Source of the DNA: Hemiscyllium ocellatum
Lineage: Eukaryota
Reading direction: 5' to 3'
Length of the DNA: 64,000 nt
Assembly (NCBI RefSeq): GCF_020745735.1
Contig: NC_083447.1
Location: 8,760,035-8,824,034 of the forward strand
Numbering within the stretch: the first letter of the stretch is position 1; each line of letters opens with the position of its first letter. Position numbers and translations under genes: made by a program. This document shows positions 61,051 through 64,000 of this stretch, one piece after another. The notes below the pieces were generated by a model. It had not been told where the DNA came from, ran no database searches, and saw only the letters and a program-made list of their open reading frames with translations.

Positions 61051-61407
61051 ACTTTGTTGGCAGCTATTAGTGAAGACATCGAATATAAGAGTAAGGAGGT
61101 TATGATGGAGCTGTGTATAATGTTAGTTAGGCCACAGTTGGGCCACTGTGTACAATTCTGTTCTCCACATTATAGGAGGGATATGATTGGTGTGGACGTG
61201 ATGGGCCAAAGGGCCTCTTTCTGAGTTGTAAAACTCTATGGCAGAGTAGCAATAAAAATCAGCATTTTCCAGTCCTGCACTACTGGACTTGAAATGTTAA
61301 CTCTTTTTCACTCACTCCACAGGTGCTGCCAGAGGAGCTGAATCTCTCTAGCAACCTCTCCTTGTTTCAGATTTCCAGCACCCGCAGTGTTTTATTACAA
61401 CACACAG

Positions 61408-61550
61408 AGCAGACTGTGCACCAGCACCAGGCGTAAGGAGTTCACCAACAGGAAGAAAGCCCTACCCCCTCCGAGCCATTTCCTGTCAGTCATAGAATCG
61501 TCACAGCAGATTGGAAGAGAGGTGGGCAAGGCCTTGGCACTTTGCAACAG
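61408..61550 (+). CDS. Putative internal exon of the same unidentified gene
   Basis: Non-repeat island with cacag| acceptor and CAG|GTAATA donor; only the phase-0 frame is open: SRLCTSTRRKEFTNRKKALPPPSHFLSVIESSQQIGREVGKALALCN(R). Confidence 0.4.
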
Positions 61551-62514
61551 GTAATAAAATGGACGCAAAAACATAAGTTGCTGGAAAAGCTCAGTGAGTC
61601 TGGCAGCATCTCTGAAGATAAATCAAAAGTCAATGTTTCGTGTCCGATGACCCTTCCTCAGAATGGTCTCTTATCGAAGCTTCCCATGATTTTATAAACC
61701 TCTATAAGGTTACCCCTCAACCTCCTATGTTCCAGTGGATAAAGCCCTGGCCTATCCAGCATCTCCTCCATTCCTAGGAGAAAGTGAGGACTGCAGATGC
61801 TGGAGACCAGAGTTGAAACGTGTGGTGCTGGAAAAGCGCAGCAGGCCAGGCAAGCATTCTCCTGCTCCTCGGATGCTGCCTGGCCCGCTGCGCTTTTCCA
61901 GCACCACACTTTTCAACTCTCCTCCATTCCTGGCAACATCCTGGTAAATCTCTTCTGAACCCTCTCCAATACTATCCTTCCTATAACGGGGTGACCAGAA
62001 CAGCACACCATACTCCTCTGAACTCGTAATACTAACTCTGCTTATAGATGCTGCCAGACCTGCTGAGTTTCTCCAGCGATTTCTGATTTTCTTTTCAGCA
62101 AAGTAGATGACCGGGTTATTGACAGATTTTTGTTTGTGGGAGCATGCTGTGCACACATTGGCTAACAATTTGTCCATGAGGCATGGACTTCACTGGCTAG
62201 CCCAGTATTTTACACAGAGTGTGGGATATGTGAACTTCCAGAGGAAGTGGAGGATGAGGCACCAATGACAAAGTTTAAAAGATATTTGGATAAATACATG
62301 AATTGGAAAGGTTTAGAGGGATAAGAGCTAGGAGCAGGCAGGTCGGACTAGTTTAATTTTGCATTATGGTCAGCATGGACTGGCTGAACTGAAGGGTCTG
62401 TTTCTGTGCTGTCTGACTCTATGACTTAATGGTGGGAGTGTTGCTGAACAAAGAGACCTTGGTGTGGACTTGTTGGGCTGACGGGCCTGTTTTCACACTG
62501 GAGGGAATCTAATC

Positions 62515-64000
62515 CCCCTCCCGCCCTTCCTATCTCCCTCCCTCCCCAATCCCCACACCCATACGCCAACCCCCTCAATCCCACATCGCCCCCCCATCCC
62601 CAATATCCATCTCTCCCATTCCCAATCCACAGTCCTCATCTTCCCCTTGCTCCCAACCCAATCCACAATCCCCCTGCCCCCATCGTCCTCCGCCATCCCC
62701 CACTCCAGTGATTCCCCACCCACTCACCCTACCTTCTCCTGCTCCTATCCTCCCTTTCTATCCCCACTCCACACACTCACTATCCCATCCCGCTCCCTCC
62801 CAATCCCCATATTCGCGCCACACCCAATGAATCAGCCCCCCCACCCCCACCAACCATTCCCCTCCCACCCAAGCCCCACCAATATCCCCTCACCCCACCC
62901 CATCCACCTCCCCTTAACCTAAACCCCGCCCCTTCCCTATCCCCATTCCCTTTGCCATTTCCCCACCCTCTCCCTCCCACTACCTCCAACGCCCTTCCTA
63001 ACCCAGACCACTCCCTCGCTATCCCCCTCGTCCTCCCTCCCCTGTCCCCACTCCTCCTCTTTCCACTTTTGTCGCTGCTCCCCCCTTGATCCCCCTCCCC
63101 CCTTGTCCCCCTCACACCTTTTCCCCACTCCTCCTTATCCCCATCCCCTTCCCCTCTTTGTCCACCGCCCCCTTGTCTCCCTCCCCATCCCCCTCACCCT
63201 CAGCCCTTCCACCTCCTCCCCTCTCCTTCCTACTTGCCCCACATTCCCATCCCACTCAACTCCTCCCCCCATATTGCCCTCCCCCAAATCCCTCAACACC
63301 CCCCACCCCAAACCCTTCCCCACTCACCCCCCTCTCATCCCTCACTCATTCCCCCCTCATCTCCCCATCCCTCACTCATCCTCACGCCCTGCCTCATCAT
63401 CCACACCCTCTCACTCCTTCTCCTCACCCCCAACCTCACCCCCTACCCCCTCATCCCCTCGTCCCACATTCGCCCGTCCCCTCTCCCTTATCCCCTCCCC
63501 CACATCTTCATTCCACAATTCCTCCACTGTCCCCATCCCCCCCGTCCCCATCATCCCCCCCCCCCCGTCCCCGTCGTCCCTCTGTCCCCATCCTCCCCCC
63601 CCGTCCCCATCATTCCCCCCCCATCCCCATCAACCCCCGTCCCCATCCCCCCCCCGTCCCCATCATTCCCCCCGTCCCCATCCCCCCCCCCGTCCCCATC
63701 ATTCCCCCCGTCCCCATCATCCCCCCCCGTCCCCATCATCCCCCCCCGTCCCCATCCCCCCCCCGTCCCCATCATTCCCCCCGTCCCCATCATTCCCCCC
63801 GTCCCCATCCCCCCCCCCGTCCCCATCATTCCCCCCGTCCCCATCATTCCCCCCGTCCCCATCCCCCCCCGTCCCCATCATTCCCCCCCCGTCCCCATCA
63901 TTCCCCCCCCATCCCCATCAACCCCCGCCCCCATCATTCCCCCCGTCCCCATCATTCCCCCCGTCCCCATCCCCCCCCCCCGTCCCCATCATTCCCCCCG
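62515..64000. repeat. C-rich low-complexity tract ending in a (CCCCCGTCCCCATCATTC)n-like minisatellite
   Basis: Extreme C/T strand skew; regular 15-19-bp units from about 63525 to the window end. Confidence 0.9.

Noticed and set aside
63551-63862. Gly/Met-rich MGTGG ORF
   Set aside because: Translation of a minisatellite.

Overview
Repeat-dense vertebrate genomic DNA, almost certainly from a shark or other chondrichthyan, judged from abundant HE1/V-domain SINEs, CR1 (HER1-like) LINEs, Penelope-like elements (PLEs) and Deu-domain SINEs. Three protein genes can be read with confidence: (1) a three-exon POLR1G/CD3EAP (PAF49/Rpa34) gene on + (8070-13449, 271 aa); (2) a single-coding-exon BTB/zinc-finger gene on - (15778-17730, 650 aa) that is clearly ZBTB1-family but divergent, with a probable non-coding first exon and ZNF143/ETS/NRF1 promoter at about 24.3-24.5 kb; (3) nanos2 on - (28130-28594, 154 aa). 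POLR1G and NANOS2 mark the human 19q13.3 linkage group, whereas human ZBTB1 is on 14q23, so the ZBTB gene may be a whole-genome-duplication paralog absent from mammals. A fourth, unidentified + strand gene probably starts at about 49.5 kb behind four ZNF143 motifs, with a phase-compatible second exon at 61.4 kb. There is also an orphan E-box/CCAAT/TATA promoter at 41.3 kb next to a CTCF doublet. The strongest non-genic signal is a set of at least three PLE terminal-repeat families carrying minimal type-I hammerhead ribozyme cores. The youngest family inserts as short fold-back palindromes with 11-16 bp target-site duplications, including nested and same-site repeated insertions. All protein-family comparisons are from memory; no database search was run.
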